Of a stretch of DNA of 64,000 nt, positions 9,528-18,605 are shown one piece after another. Position numbers and translations under genes: made by a program. Numbering within the stretch: the first letter of the stretch is position 1; every line of letters begins with the position of its first letter. The notes beneath the pieces are model-generated. The model did not search any database. It saw only the letters and a list, made by a program, of their open reading frames with translations, and was not told the DNA's origin. Source of the DNA: Bacteroidota bacterium (GTDB lineage Bacteria > Bacteroidota > Ignavibacteria > Palsa-1295). The stretch covers positions 1,196 through 65,195 of the forward strand of contig JAUZOQ010000006.1 of NCBI GenBank assembly GCA_030706385.1, read 5' to 3'.

Positions 9528-10232
9528 ATGTTTCATATCTACTGCGATTTTGATGCTACCGTTACTATAAATGATGTCTGGGACAGACTGTTCAGACAGT
9601 TCGGTGATGAACGGGCGTTCAATGTCTGGGGCAAATTCAATTCAGGTGAGTATGCTGCCGCTCAATGTATTTCCGAGGCCTGCAGCACGGTGAAGCAAGC
9701 TCCAGAGAAGGAGCTCATGGCACTTTTCGAAGCAGAGCCGTTACGACCGGGATTTATCGAGTTAATCGACTTCTGCGCGAATGAGAATATTAAGCTTACG
9801 GTGGTTAGCGATGGCTTCTCTTTGTATATTCGGCCAATCTTTGCAAAATATGGAATCGAGGTGCCATATTACGCCAATACGGTTGAATTGACTGCCCAGG
9901 GAACACTTACGGCGGAATTTTTGAATGCCAGAGAGTCCTGCCGATTTTGCGGTGCCTGTAAGTGTGGTACGATCCTTACAACTTCTGCCGATGAGGACAC
10001 GATTATCTATGTTGGCGATGGATATTCGGATCATTGTCCTGTAGAAATATCGGATGTTATCTTCGCCCGAGATATGCTAGCTAAATTCTGTTCGAGGGAA
10101 AATCTACCGTACCACCCATTCGAAGATTTCTTTCAAGTTAGAGATGTTATAAAGAAGTACCTGATTGAGCGACCGAAGTACAAACGACTAGGGGCAACAA
10201 AGAAAAGAAAAGAATTGTATAAAACGGAGTAG
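9528..10232 (+). CDS. mtnX: HAD-superfamily phosphatase, MtnX-like (2-hydroxy-3-keto-5-methylthiopentenyl-1-phosphate phosphatase family)
   Basis: HAD motif I CDFDATVT and motif IV VGDGYSD. The C-terminal block DVIFARDMLAKFCSRENLPYHPFEDFFQVR closely resembles Bacillus MtnX (GDSVTD...[28 protein letters not shown]), recalled from memory. Length about 234 aa from the Met at 9528; the track ORF start at 9441 would crowd the polA start region. Confidence 0.55.
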   Translation: MFHIYCDFDATVTINDVWDRLFRQFGDERAFNVWGKFNSGEYAAAQCISEACSTVKQAPEKELMALFEAEPLRPGFIELIDFCANENIKLTVVSDGFSLYIRPIFAKYGIEVPYYANTVELTAQGTLTAEFLNARESCRFCGACKCGTILTTSADEDTIIYVGDGYSDHCPVEISDVIFARDMLAKFCSRENLPYHPFEDFFQVRDVIKKYLIERPKYKRLGATKKRKELYKTE

Positions 10233-10254
10233 TATGAATCTGAGGGAGTAATCG

Positions 10255-11007
10255 ATGTATATTCGACCTAAAATATTTCAGCAATTTCCTGAGCTCATAA
10301 CGGCACAGTCAACTCGTGAAAATGGCGTGTCTCCCTATCCCTACGGACTAAACTTATCTAGTCATGTTGGCGATACGTCACAAAATGTCGAAGAGAATCG
10401 GAGAAGGTTTTACGAGGGGATTCGAGTACCTCCCGATGCCCGTTTTGTATATCAGAATCAAATTCATTCGTCAAACATTCATGTCGTTTCCGGAGAAGAG
10501 GGGATTGTTTTAGAATCCGATGCTCTTGTTACGAATAGTGAAAATGTCTTTCTCGTAGTAAGTATTGCTGATTGTACTCCCGTCTTGCTTTACGATCCGA
10601 TCTCAAAACTCACGGCTGCTATTCATGCAGGATGGCGTGGCACCGAACAACTCATTTCCCCCAATGCAATACGGAAGCTTGTTGAACTTGGTGCGTCGCC
10701 ACGAAATATTTATGCTTTCATCGGGGCGTCAGCATCAGGCGCTAACTATGAGGTTGGAGTCGAAGTAGCAACCTTATTCGAAAAAGAGTATTATACCGAG
10801 ATTAGCAATGGGAAGTGCCTGTTGGATATCAAGAAAGCAAATCGTGACCAATTACTGATAGGAGGGGTACCGCTAAGGCAAATTGAAGTATCCGATCGAT
10901 GCACGATCTCAGATCTCAACCTGCACTCCTATCGAAGGGATGGTCGAAAGTCAGGAAGAATGTTTGCCGTAATCGGAAGGATTAGCGGCGAAAAGGCTCT
11001 TAGGTGA
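10255..11007 (+). CDS. pgeF: Peptidoglycan editing factor PgeF / YfiH family (DUF152, laccase-domain protein)
   Basis: Conserved ADCTPVLLYDP and HAGWRG motifs. 250 aa. Confidence 0.8.
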   Translation: MYIRPKIFQQFPELITAQSTRENGVSPYPYGLNLSSHVGDTSQNVEENRRRFYEGIRVPPDARFVYQNQIHSSNIHVVSGEEGIVLESDALVTNSENVFLVVSIADCTPVLLYDPISKLTAAIHAGWRGTEQLISPNAIRKLVELGASPRNIYAFIGASASGANYEVGVEVATLFEKEYYTEISNGKCLLDIKKANRDQLLIGGVPLRQIEVSDRCTISDLNLHSYRRDGRKSGRMFAVIGRISGEKALR

Positions 11008-11036
11008 ATGCTAGAACTCCCAGCAAATCAATAAGA

Positions 11037-12824
11037 TTAAGGTTTTTCAACTACTGGCTTGGTCGGGTTGGCGCTCGTTTTTTTCTTGCGGACCTCAAGT
11101 TCTGGTACCATGACAGACTCTGGGCCTATCAGGGTTGCAGGCACCTTCCCTCCGAATGAAAAGAATGAACCTCCTGAACCGGCAGCCAGCCCCATATCCT
11201 TAGTTACTGTTTCCTTCGAAGTGATGATCTCGCGAAGATCTCGCGCAGTCGGAAAACTGATTTCAGTACCACGGACGAGTTTCTCAGTCCCATCCTTGGT
11301 CGATACTTGATATACCAAAGCTGGCGACAATGATTTTCCGCTCTCGAGCATATCTCCGATATTTCCCATACCTTCGCTAAAAATTAGTGATCCTTTTTCG
11401 AGAGAACGAACAATAAAGGCATACTCATAGCCATCTTCTTGAGCGCGCTTAAGAAGATCTTTTCTCATTTGACTTGATCTTACTGCTTTCTTATCGGTAA
11501 TTTCCACAACTCCCGGTCCCGCCGTTGTGCCGCTTCCTATACCACCGGAATAGGGGCGAGTATGACCGTTCGGTTCTTTAACTTCCTTGGTCGGAGTTCG
11601 TGTCATATACAAGGTTTTAAGTATTCCGTTCTCCACCAGAGTGAGATTTCCTGGGACGACACCATCCTCGTCAACGGAATAATTTCCCAGATAAAGTCCC
11701 GACTTTGGCTTAACTAAGGGTATGTCTCTCAAACTCATCGAGGCTGGTAAAACACGTGTACCAATTTTCTTCTGGAAGGTGGGTCCTTTGCTCACGAGTG
11801 AAAAAACCGAACCTCCACCGAGCACATCTTCACGCTGTGCTGAAAGTTTTGCTACGATCTGTTCTGAAATAAAGTCACTTCCTGCATCTCCTTCAAAGAG
11901 AACCGGTCCCGTATATTCTTTTCCATCAAATTTTGCAGCTGTCGTCAACGCAACAAGACTTTGGGCTAGATTCTCAGTTTTCTCCATTAATAGTGCCCGA
12001 TCTGGCAATAACTCCGGCGAACGTGCGGAAAACGAAATGGAAAGCGAAAGAGGCTCCCCGTCATCAGCTGCTTGTGCCGATGCCTGAATCGTTAGGTCAC
12101 ATGTCGTCTCAGGTTTGCGGAGATTCGTACCTTCGGTATTCTTAAGAAAAAGATACGAGTTATTCGAAGCCAGGGAAACATTGCAGTTCTGTATCGGCTT
12201 GTACTTTGAAAAAATCGCTGAGAGATCACGAATGAGCCCTTCAAGCTTAGCCTTGTTGATCTGAATATCAGCTGGGGGTTCAATAACTTCGACTTTAGGA
12301 GCTTTCGCAAAATCTGGTAGGTCGCGGTCCTCGTCGGTTAATTGCTTTCGTTCAAGAGCAGCTTTCTTCTTTGTGAAAGTTTCATTTGCCTCTTTGAAAA
12401 GATCATCTGTGGCGAGCCAAAAAGCTCGTCTAATAGTATTATAATCGTCATCAAGAGGAAGATTCATATCGATCGGAGTGCCGCCACCGAAGATTCCGCC
12501 TCCGGCATCACCAAAATTTTCATCATTCAACTGATAATTGTTGATAAGCAAGCGAAGGTTCAATTGCCGTTGATGAGAAAATGCTGAACGAGTCAGTGCG
12601 CCAAATGAGGCAACGATATCAAGTCGATGATTGTCGCTCACGGAATAAGATATGAAGAATGGATCGATCAAACCGTTCAGTTTAAGTTGACTCTTGGAGC
12701 GATCAAGTTCGTCGCCCATTGCACGATCGATGATAGAAATGGCTTGGTCACTCAATTTCTGTGCTCGAACCGGAATAGTCGTTCCGACAAAAAGTAAGAG
12801 GACGAGGAGAGTAGATTTATTCAT
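11037..12824 (-). CDS. Secreted TldE/PmbA-family metallopeptidase-like protein (no HExxxH)
   Basis: Signal peptide MNKSTLLVLLLFVGTTIPVRAQ (internal Met; the track ORF extends to 12872). Roughly 600 aa with the TldD/PmbA fold signature (Gly-rich C-terminal beta region) but no zinc motif. Sits in tandem with the TldD-like gene upstream. Confidence 0.6.
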   Translation of the reverse strand: MNKSTLLVLLLFVGTTIPVRAQKLSDQAISIIDRAMGDELDRSKSQLKLNGLIDPFFISYSVSDNHRLDIVASFGALTRSAFSHQRQLNLRLLINNYQLNDENFGDAGGGIFGGGTPIDMNLPLDDDYNTIRRAFWLATDDLFKEANETFTKKKAALERKQLTDEDRDLPDFAKAPKVEVIEPPADIQINKAKLEGLIRDLSAIFSKYKPIQNCNVSLASNNSYLFLKNTEGTNLRKPETTCDLTIQASAQAADDGEPLSLSISFSARSPELLPDRALLMEKTENLAQSLVALTTAAKFDGKEYTGPVLFEGDAGSDFISEQIVAKLSAQREDVLGGGSVFSLVSKGPTFQKKIGTRVLPASMSLRDIPLVKPKSGLYLGNYSVDEDGVVPGNLTLVENGILKTLYMTRTPTKEVKEPNGHTRPYSGGIGSGTTAGPGVVEITDKKAVRSSQMRKDLLKRAQEDGYEYAFIVRSLEKGSLIFSEGMGNIGDMLESGKSLSPALVYQVSTKDGTEKLVRGTEISFPTARDLREIITSKETVTKDMGLAAGSGGSFFSFGGKVPATLIGPESVMVPELEVRKKKTSANPTKPVVEKP

Positions 12825-12888
12825 TTTGCGGCTTATTCTCATTATCGGATAGTATGGCTGTATCTTAATCAATTGTGTCTTTCCCAGG

Positions 12889-14622
12889 CTAGCTCTTGCT
12901 GGATGCTTTCAGGTCAGGTGCAGGTAAGATCGGCAGTCTTTCTTGTGATTTTTCCTTTTTCTGAACTTCGATCTCGCGAACGAGAAGGCTAGGGCTTGAA
13001 GCACTGACAGGCACCCAACCGGATTCAGCTCCGCAGACACCATTGAAGGTTTCAGGCTTATCGCCGGCAGCGATGATACGTTCGAACGTCGCTAGCGGCG
13101 TTCCGATGAGGTCAACGCCGCGAACAAGTTCGTCAGGTCTTCCATCGGCATACACTCTATAGACAAGAATAGGAAGCACATTGAATGAATTGGGGATCGT
13201 GCGGCCAGTGAGGGTGAATCCGCCTTCGACCTGCACAAAGTTCAAGCCATATGGCTTCTTCTGTTTCTTGCACTCAGCGATAAGTAGCCCCCTGAGCGAG
13301 TCTTCGGATACAGTCCGATTGGCAGTGACTATAAGATTGGATTGCCGCGCAACAGGTCGTTTGCCCGGAGACGCTCTGCCGTGACCATTCGATTCACTAA
13401 ATCCTTCGATGGGGGAGCGTCCCATCAAAAAGCGTTCGAATACTCCATTTTCAACAACGTCGACTCTCCGTGCCCTTACTCCTTCATCGTCAAATGCATA
13501 ACAGCCCATTAGCTGAGAACCAGCGTATGTTTTTTGGAGAGGGTCAAAATATACAGATAGAAAGTCAGGCAGTATCTTCTCGCCAATCTTTTTCTTAAAA
13601 GTCTGTCCTTCGTTCGTATTTTTTTGACGGTGCCCTTCAATTCGATGTCCGAAAATCTCGTGGAAGAACACTCCCGATGCACCTCCTGAAAGGATTGCGG
13701 GTCCCGTGTAGGGGTCGACAAGCGGTGCTGTCCGCATTTTCTCCAACGTAGCCAACATTTCTTTGGCATCGGCTAGAATCACTTCGTCTGAAGGCAGGTC
13801 GTCAGGCTTAATGGCAAAATAACTCTTGTAGAGCGGTAGCTCCATGCCATCACTTGCTTTTGTCATCGCCTGGATCATTAGACGTACATAGATCTGATTC
13901 GACGCCATGAGCGAGCCCTCAGTAGAAACGAAATATTTCCTGACGATGCTTGCCACAAGCGAAGCCTTGGCTTCATAGATGTGCTCCATACCTCTGAAAA
14001 CTTCTGAATATTTCCTAAGCCTTTCTTCCCATTGTGATCGGTTCTTAAAGAATGAAGTCATTTCAACAGGATCCTCGTAAAGCGAGGCAGGGGGTCCTGA
14101 AGGTTTTGAGAAATCTGCAGAACTGTCTTCTTCTTCGACCTTAATGGTGCGGTTCGTCTTGACTTCTTCAAGTCTTTCTTTAGCCGATTTGTAAGCAGCA
14201 TCGGTTTCGCGCCACAGTGCAATGCGTAGGGCTTCAGGATCATTTTCAATTGGTGCTTGACGGCTATTTGCACCTGCGAATCCGCTGCCGCCAAAGAAAC
14301 CGGCATTGGTACGAATCTGATGGGTATTGTCGAGCTTATAATCGCCGACACGAAGATCGATAAGGAGTGTGCGACTTCGGCTTGAATCCGAGCGGACAAG
14401 TGCCCCAAAACTTGAGACAATCGTTACGTTTTGGTCGTCACCGAGATTGTAACTTATGAAGTACGGAGAAGTAGATTGCTTCGAAAGTGTAGCGTTCTCT
14501 CGTTTCAATTCTCCTGAAAGAATATCGAGAATTGGATCTGCCCCAGTTTGTGCCCGAAAAGTTGAAGGGACTGCAAGGGTGATCAGAAGTAAGAGAAAAA
14601 ATGCGTTCTTAGGATATCTCAT
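12889..14622 (-). CDS. Secreted TldD-family zinc metallopeptidase
   Basis: Signal peptide MRYPKNAFFLLLLITLAVPSTFRAQ. TldD-type HExxxH zinc site: HEIFGHRIEGH. 577 aa. Confidence 0.7.
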   Translation of the reverse strand: MRYPKNAFFLLLLITLAVPSTFRAQTGADPILDILSGELKRENATLSKQSTSPYFISYNLGDDQNVTIVSSFGALVRSDSSRSRTLLIDLRVGDYKLDNTHQIRTNAGFFGGSGFAGANSRQAPIENDPEALRIALWRETDAAYKSAKERLEEVKTNRTIKVEEEDSSADFSKPSGPPASLYEDPVEMTSFFKNRSQWEERLRKYSEVFRGMEHIYEAKASLVASIVRKYFVSTEGSLMASNQIYVRLMIQAMTKASDGMELPLYKSYFAIKPDDLPSDEVILADAKEMLATLEKMRTAPLVDPYTGPAILSGGASGVFFHEIFGHRIEGHRQKNTNEGQTFKKKIGEKILPDFLSVYFDPLQKTYAGSQLMGCYAFDDEGVRARRVDVVENGVFERFLMGRSPIEGFSESNGHGRASPGKRPVARQSNLIVTANRTVSEDSLRGLLIAECKKQKKPYGLNFVQVEGGFTLTGRTIPNSFNVLPILVYRVYADGRPDELVRGVDLIGTPLATFERIIAAGDKPETFNGVCGAESGWVPVSASSPSLLVREIEVQKKEKSQERLPILPAPDLKASSKS

Positions 14623-14824
14623 TATTAAATTGAATTCAAGCCTTGTACTAAGGGTTAAATTTATGGTACGGTTCCTTATGCATGAGGTTACAATTTTGGA
14701 TCAGTAATCGCATTTCATTATTCCCGATCAGGTGGTACAATCAGAAAGCATAGCACCAAAGAAGCTGAAATATGGTTGATTTGACGTTATTAAGGAAATG
14801 GTTTAAGAATGTATTATAATTGAA

Positions 14825-15307
14825 ATGGAGATTATGAAAATAAAGGTAATAACAGTAGTTCTCGTTTTCATTGGTTTTACTGGGCTTTTTTGGATAAGCA
14901 CTTCTGCTCATTCACACACTGGTTCTAAAACTATTTCAGTTGCTCCCGATACAAGTATTCACTGGGACAAAATGGATCGTTCCGAACGCATGGCCTATAT
15001 GAAGCAGGTGGTGTTCCCGACGATGAAGCCGTTATTCGCTGCCTTCGATCCTAAGAAATTCGGTAATATGAAATGCATCACGTGTCATGGGAATGGCGCG
15101 CTCGATGATTCATACAAAATGCCAAATCCTCAGATTTGGAAATTGCCGCGTACGAAAGAAGGCTGGGCAAAAGCGGATACGAACTACATGAACTTTATGA
15201 GGACGACGGTTAAAGTAAAAATGGCCGATCTTCTTGGCTTGCATCCCTATGACAAGGATCATAAGGATGGGTTTGGCTGCGGTAACTGCCATACGGATGA
15301 GCAGTAA
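14825..15307 (+). CDS. Membrane-anchored dihaem c-type cytochrome
   Basis: N-terminal transmembrane or signal segment (KVITVVLVFIGFTGLFWIS). Two CxxCH haem-binding motifs (CITCHG and CGNCHT). 160 aa. Confidence 0.65.
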   Translation: MEIMKIKVITVVLVFIGFTGLFWISTSAHSHTGSKTISVAPDTSIHWDKMDRSERMAYMKQVVFPTMKPLFAAFDPKKFGNMKCITCHGNGALDDSYKMPNPQIWKLPRTKEGWAKADTNYMNFMRTTVKVKMADLLGLHPYDKDHKDGFGCGNCHTDEQ

Positions 15308-15328
15308 GTAAAACTAAAATTTCAGATA

Positions 15329-15369
15329 ATCAAGAACCCCGGAAAGCATTGCTTTCCGGGGTTCTTGAT
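15329..15369 (+). terminator. Rho-independent terminator: 19-bp perfect stem, 3-nt loop, followed by a T-rich run
   Basis: atcaagaaccccggaaagc-att-gctttccggggttcttgat, then attttaag. Lies 22 nt after the cytochrome gene stop. Confidence 0.6.
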
Positions 15370-15539
15370 ATTTTAAGAATAATAGTCACTATTAATCGAA
15401 GAGGCAGTTGTTCATCCCTTTTGCCCTGATTTCAGGATACCATGTAACTTTAGGAATGAAAAGGTGTTTTCTTTTTGATCGAATGTGACTTGGGAATCTC
15501 GGCCTCTGTAAAGTAGCGTTTAATAACAACTGATCTGTT

Positions 15540-17234
15540 ATGAATATGCGAATTCGTCCAATACTGTTTTTTTCCTTGGTTCCACTGTTATTTTTTCCAC
15601 AAACCATTTCTGCACAATGGGAGACCCTTGGTAATACGCCATATGCCTATGGCAACGGCCCGGCGCTTTTTGTCTATTTTTTGGCGCCCATGGGTCAACC
15701 GAATGTCGGGTACTGTTCCTTCGAGAACCTTGATACATTGTACAAAACAACAGATTTCGGCAAAACCTGGAAAGCAAATTTTGCCTCTCCGTTTTCTACG
15801 TATAATAATTATGTGACCGACATTGCTTTTAAAGATTCTCTTCATGGTTGGATTTGTACTGCTGACGCTACTTATTCAGGAGACCGTTCAAAAATGAGCG
15901 GCAGAGTCTATTCAACATCTGACGGGGGGAATTCCTGGCAGGAAGCATCGCCGATGACGGGCAGTTATTGGGAGCTTAACTATAATCCTCTCAGTCATTG
16001 CCTCATTGCCGATGGGAATGAGATAACCAGTATAGTAATCAGTCGTGATGACGGGGCAACATTTACCCGTATCGGCGATATCGGATCTCTCTATTATGAA
16101 TACATGGGTATTTTATTCATTGAAGATAGTACTATTCTCATTTTTGGGGATGGTCAACATTATTACCAGAATCTCCGCTCGACTGATGCAGGACTAACCT
16201 GGACAAAAATTTCTGTCCCTTCATCTAATGCTATTCTTCATCCGTACTACAGTAGTGAGTCATGTCAAGCTTTTTACATTGGCGGCCAGACTCTTTTTGT
16301 ATCAAGTGATAAAGGCCTGACTTGGAACGCTCGATATACTTTCGCCAAACCAACGAATGGACAGATAGTAGGGGCATGCGGGTATATTGCTACAGCCTAT
16401 TCTTCCCCTAATCTTTATGATTCCGCGACTGTACTGCTTTCCTCTGATTATGGACGAACATGGCAAGATATCGGAAAGCACTATCAGTACAATGGTTCGC
16501 TGTTTGATTTTATGAAGATGGATCCGACGGGCATATATCTGATAAATAATGGAGTTATTCAAAGGTATTCGTTGCCAAAGTTGCTGCTGATTTACACAGG
16601 TTCTCCAACAACGTATGTCACACCAAATGGGTTTGAGACAGATATACCTTTATTCTCGAAAACGAATTGCTTCGACGTAATTGTTTCATTGTCTTCCTGG
16701 AACGACGCCACTTCCAATGTAGTATCTTCAACCGGTTGGGATATTGTAACGAAACAATTAGGCCCCGGTCTGTACGAGCTTATTGGAACAAGAAACGGCG
16801 GCGATTCTTTAAGTGGAACGTTGCAGATATGTCAGAACATTACTGACATCGGAGAGCAAACAGTCACGATTGAGCCGGATCCTCTCGATGCAGCCACGCT
16901 TGCCAGTTGTGAAGAATCTAAGACTACTTACAATCTTCCTGGTTGCGGAAGTCAAACACTTTCTGATTTTATGCGTACGGGAAAACTTCCTGAATTCACC
17001 ATCTTCCCAAACCCTGCGGAGAACTCCATCAACATCCGGAGTTCAGTCAATGGGAATGCCGATGTAAAGATCTTCGATCAGCTCGGAAGAGCAGTCGTGA
17101 GCTCTCATCCATTTGCTTTCGGCAGAGATCAAAATACATCGATCGATGTAAGTAAATTAGCAAGTGGGATATACTTTGTACGAATCGAATACGAGGGGTT
17201 TGTGAGGAACCGGGAAATTGTTGTTAATCATTAA
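15540..17234 (+). CDS. Secreted BNR/Asp-box repeat (sialidase / Ycf48-like beta-propeller) protein with a T9SS C-terminal domain
   Basis: Signal peptide MNMRIRPILFFSLVPLLFFPQTISAQ. At least five SxDxGxTW Asp-box repeats (STDGGNSW, SRDDGATF, STDAGLTW, SSDKGLTW, SSDYGRTW). C-terminus FTIFPNPAENSINIRSS...GIYFVRIEYEGF matches the Por secretion tail. Confidence 0.7.
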   Translation: MNMRIRPILFFSLVPLLFFPQTISAQWETLGNTPYAYGNGPALFVYFLAPMGQPNVGYCSFENLDTLYKTTDFGKTWKANFASPFSTYNNYVTDIAFKDSLHGWICTADATYSGDRSKMSGRVYSTSDGGNSWQEASPMTGSYWELNYNPLSHCLIADGNEITSIVISRDDGATFTRIGDIGSLYYEYMGILFIEDSTILIFGDGQHYYQNLRSTDAGLTWTKISVPSSNAILHPYYSSESCQAFYIGGQTLFVSSDKGLTWNARYTFAKPTNGQIVGACGYIATAYSSPNLYDSATVLLSSDYGRTWQDIGKHYQYNGSLFDFMKMDPTGIYLINNGVIQRYSLPKLLLIYTGSPTTYVTPNGFETDIPLFSKTNCFDVIVSLSSWNDATSNVVSSTGWDIVTKQLGPGLYELIGTRNGGDSLSGTLQICQNITDIGEQTVTIEPDPLDAATLASCEESKTTYNLPGCGSQTLSDFMRTGKLPEFTIFPNPAENSINIRSSVNGNADVKIFDQLGRAVVSSHPFAFGRDQNTSIDVSKLASGIYFVRIEYEGFVRNREIVVNH

Positions 17235-17260
17235 CGCAATGAATTTGAGATCGGAATAAG

Positions 17261-17294
17261 AAAAACCCCGGAAAGCATCGCTTCCCGGGGTTTT
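17261..17294. terminator. Bidirectional rho-independent terminator between convergent genes (BNR/T9SS gene and rplL)
   Basis: aaaaaccccggaaagc-atc-gcttcccggggtttt. A-run on one side and T-run on the other, so it can terminate either strand. Near-identical to the hairpin at 15329-15369. Confidence 0.6.
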
Positions 17295-17328
17295 CTAAAC
17301 TGTCAGCTGTTCGCTGTCGGCTGTACGC

Positions 17329-17709
17329 TTATTTCAGCTCAACCTTGGCGCCGGCATCTTCAAGTTTCTTCTTGAGAGCCTCGGCATCGGCTTTGGAGAT
17401 GCCTTCTTTGACTTTCTGAGGGGCTCCATCGACCATGTCCTTGGCTTCCTTCAATCCGAGACCAGTTGCCTCGCGGACTGCCTTGATTACATTGATCTTC
17501 TGGGCGCCTGCATCAGCGAGAATGACGTCAAATTCCGTCTTCTCTTCTGCTGCCGGTGCTCCACCGCCTGCTGCGGGCATCATTCCGCCCATCATTACCG
17601 GAGCAGCAGCTGTCACGCCGAATTTATCTTCGAGCGCTTTCTTCAGCTCTGCCGCTTCGCCCAGCGTCAAGCTGGAAATTGTTTCTACTATTGCATTAAT
17701 ATCTGCCAT
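17329..17709 (-). CDS. rplL: 50S ribosomal protein L7/L12
   Basis: [32 protein letters not shown]... with the Ala/Gly-rich hinge and conserved C-terminal domain. 126 aa. Confidence 0.95.
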   Translation of the reverse strand: MADINAIVETISSLTLGEAAELKKALEDKFGVTAAAPVMMGGMMPAAGGGAPAAEEKTEFDVILADAGAQKINVIKAVREATGLGLKEAKDMVDGAPQKVKEGISKADAEALKKKLEDAGAKVELK

Positions 17710-17778
17710 ATTCTGCTCCTTGTTAAAAAAAAATATAGTGGTTAGTTTGAAGCTTAACTATATTTGAGTGCGTAAACT

Positions 17779-18321
17779 TTATGCTGCCGTAGCTTCGACC
17801 TTCTTCTTCTCGATTGCATCGACGATATAGACGATGTCGCGCTGTAGCGCTCCGAGAACTCCAACGATTCCGGAAATCGGGGCAGCGAGGCTGCCGACGA
17901 TGCTTGCCATAATATCCTTCTTTGAGGGAAGGGCGGCAATGGTCTTGAGCTGTTTGCCATCATAGATCGTGCCATCAAGCCATGCAAGCTTCAGCGATGG
18001 TTTTTCCGAATTCGTCTTTTCTAAGAAATCTTTAAGAACTCTAGCCGGGGCCGCTGGATCTTCAAATCCGAAAGCGACAGCTGTCTGCCCTTTCATCGAT
18101 GCTGAGATTTGGTCGGTCAAAAGCCCCTTATCCGAAAGGGCGCGGCGTAAGAGAGTATTCTTCGCGATCTTATACTTCACCCCAGCTTTGCGAAATTGGT
18201 TGCGCAATTCGGTAGCTTGAGCGACTGTAAGTCCTTGGTAATCAGTAAAATAGAATGCTGAAGCGGATCCGACAACCTCGGTCAACTCACTTACGGCCTG
18301 TACTTTTTCGTCACGTGTCAT
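17779..18321 (-). CDS. rplJ: 50S ribosomal protein L10
   Basis: MTRDEKVQAVSELTEVVGSASAFYFTDYQGLTVAQATELRNQFRKAGVKYKIAKNTLLRRAL. Immediately upstream of rplL on the same strand. Confidence 0.93.
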   Translation of the reverse strand: MTRDEKVQAVSELTEVVGSASAFYFTDYQGLTVAQATELRNQFRKAGVKYKIAKNTLLRRALSDKGLLTDQISASMKGQTAVAFGFEDPAAPARVLKDFLEKTNSEKPSLKLAWLDGTIYDGKQLKTIAALPSKKDIMASIVGSLAAPISGIVGVLGALQRDIVYIVDAIEKKKVEATAA

Positions 18322-18605
18322 TGGCTCAACTTCCTGAAAAATCGTTGTTTATTGGGGTAATTCGATACCCATTTCTCATAGAGCGGAGAAAAACCTTCCG
18401 GAAGGGGGAAAAGTTCACCTAAACTAGGTTTTGAATCAGTTCTGGCATTTCTTCTAGAACTTCAATGGAGGGGAGTGTATCTTCTCGATAATTCACGCCG
18501 AAGTATAAAAGTTGGTATTTTACAAAACGTCACCATGAACTCCAAGGTGAGAATGACTGTTGTTATATTAAGAGAATTTCTTAAACTATTCTTACACTAG
18601 ACCTT

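Noticed and set aside
18388-18409. Strong L10-leader attenuator upstream of rplJ
   Set aside because: The palindrome CCTTCCGGAAGG followed by a T-run gives only a 4-5 bp stem. It is kept as a low-interest observation and not annotated as a terminator.
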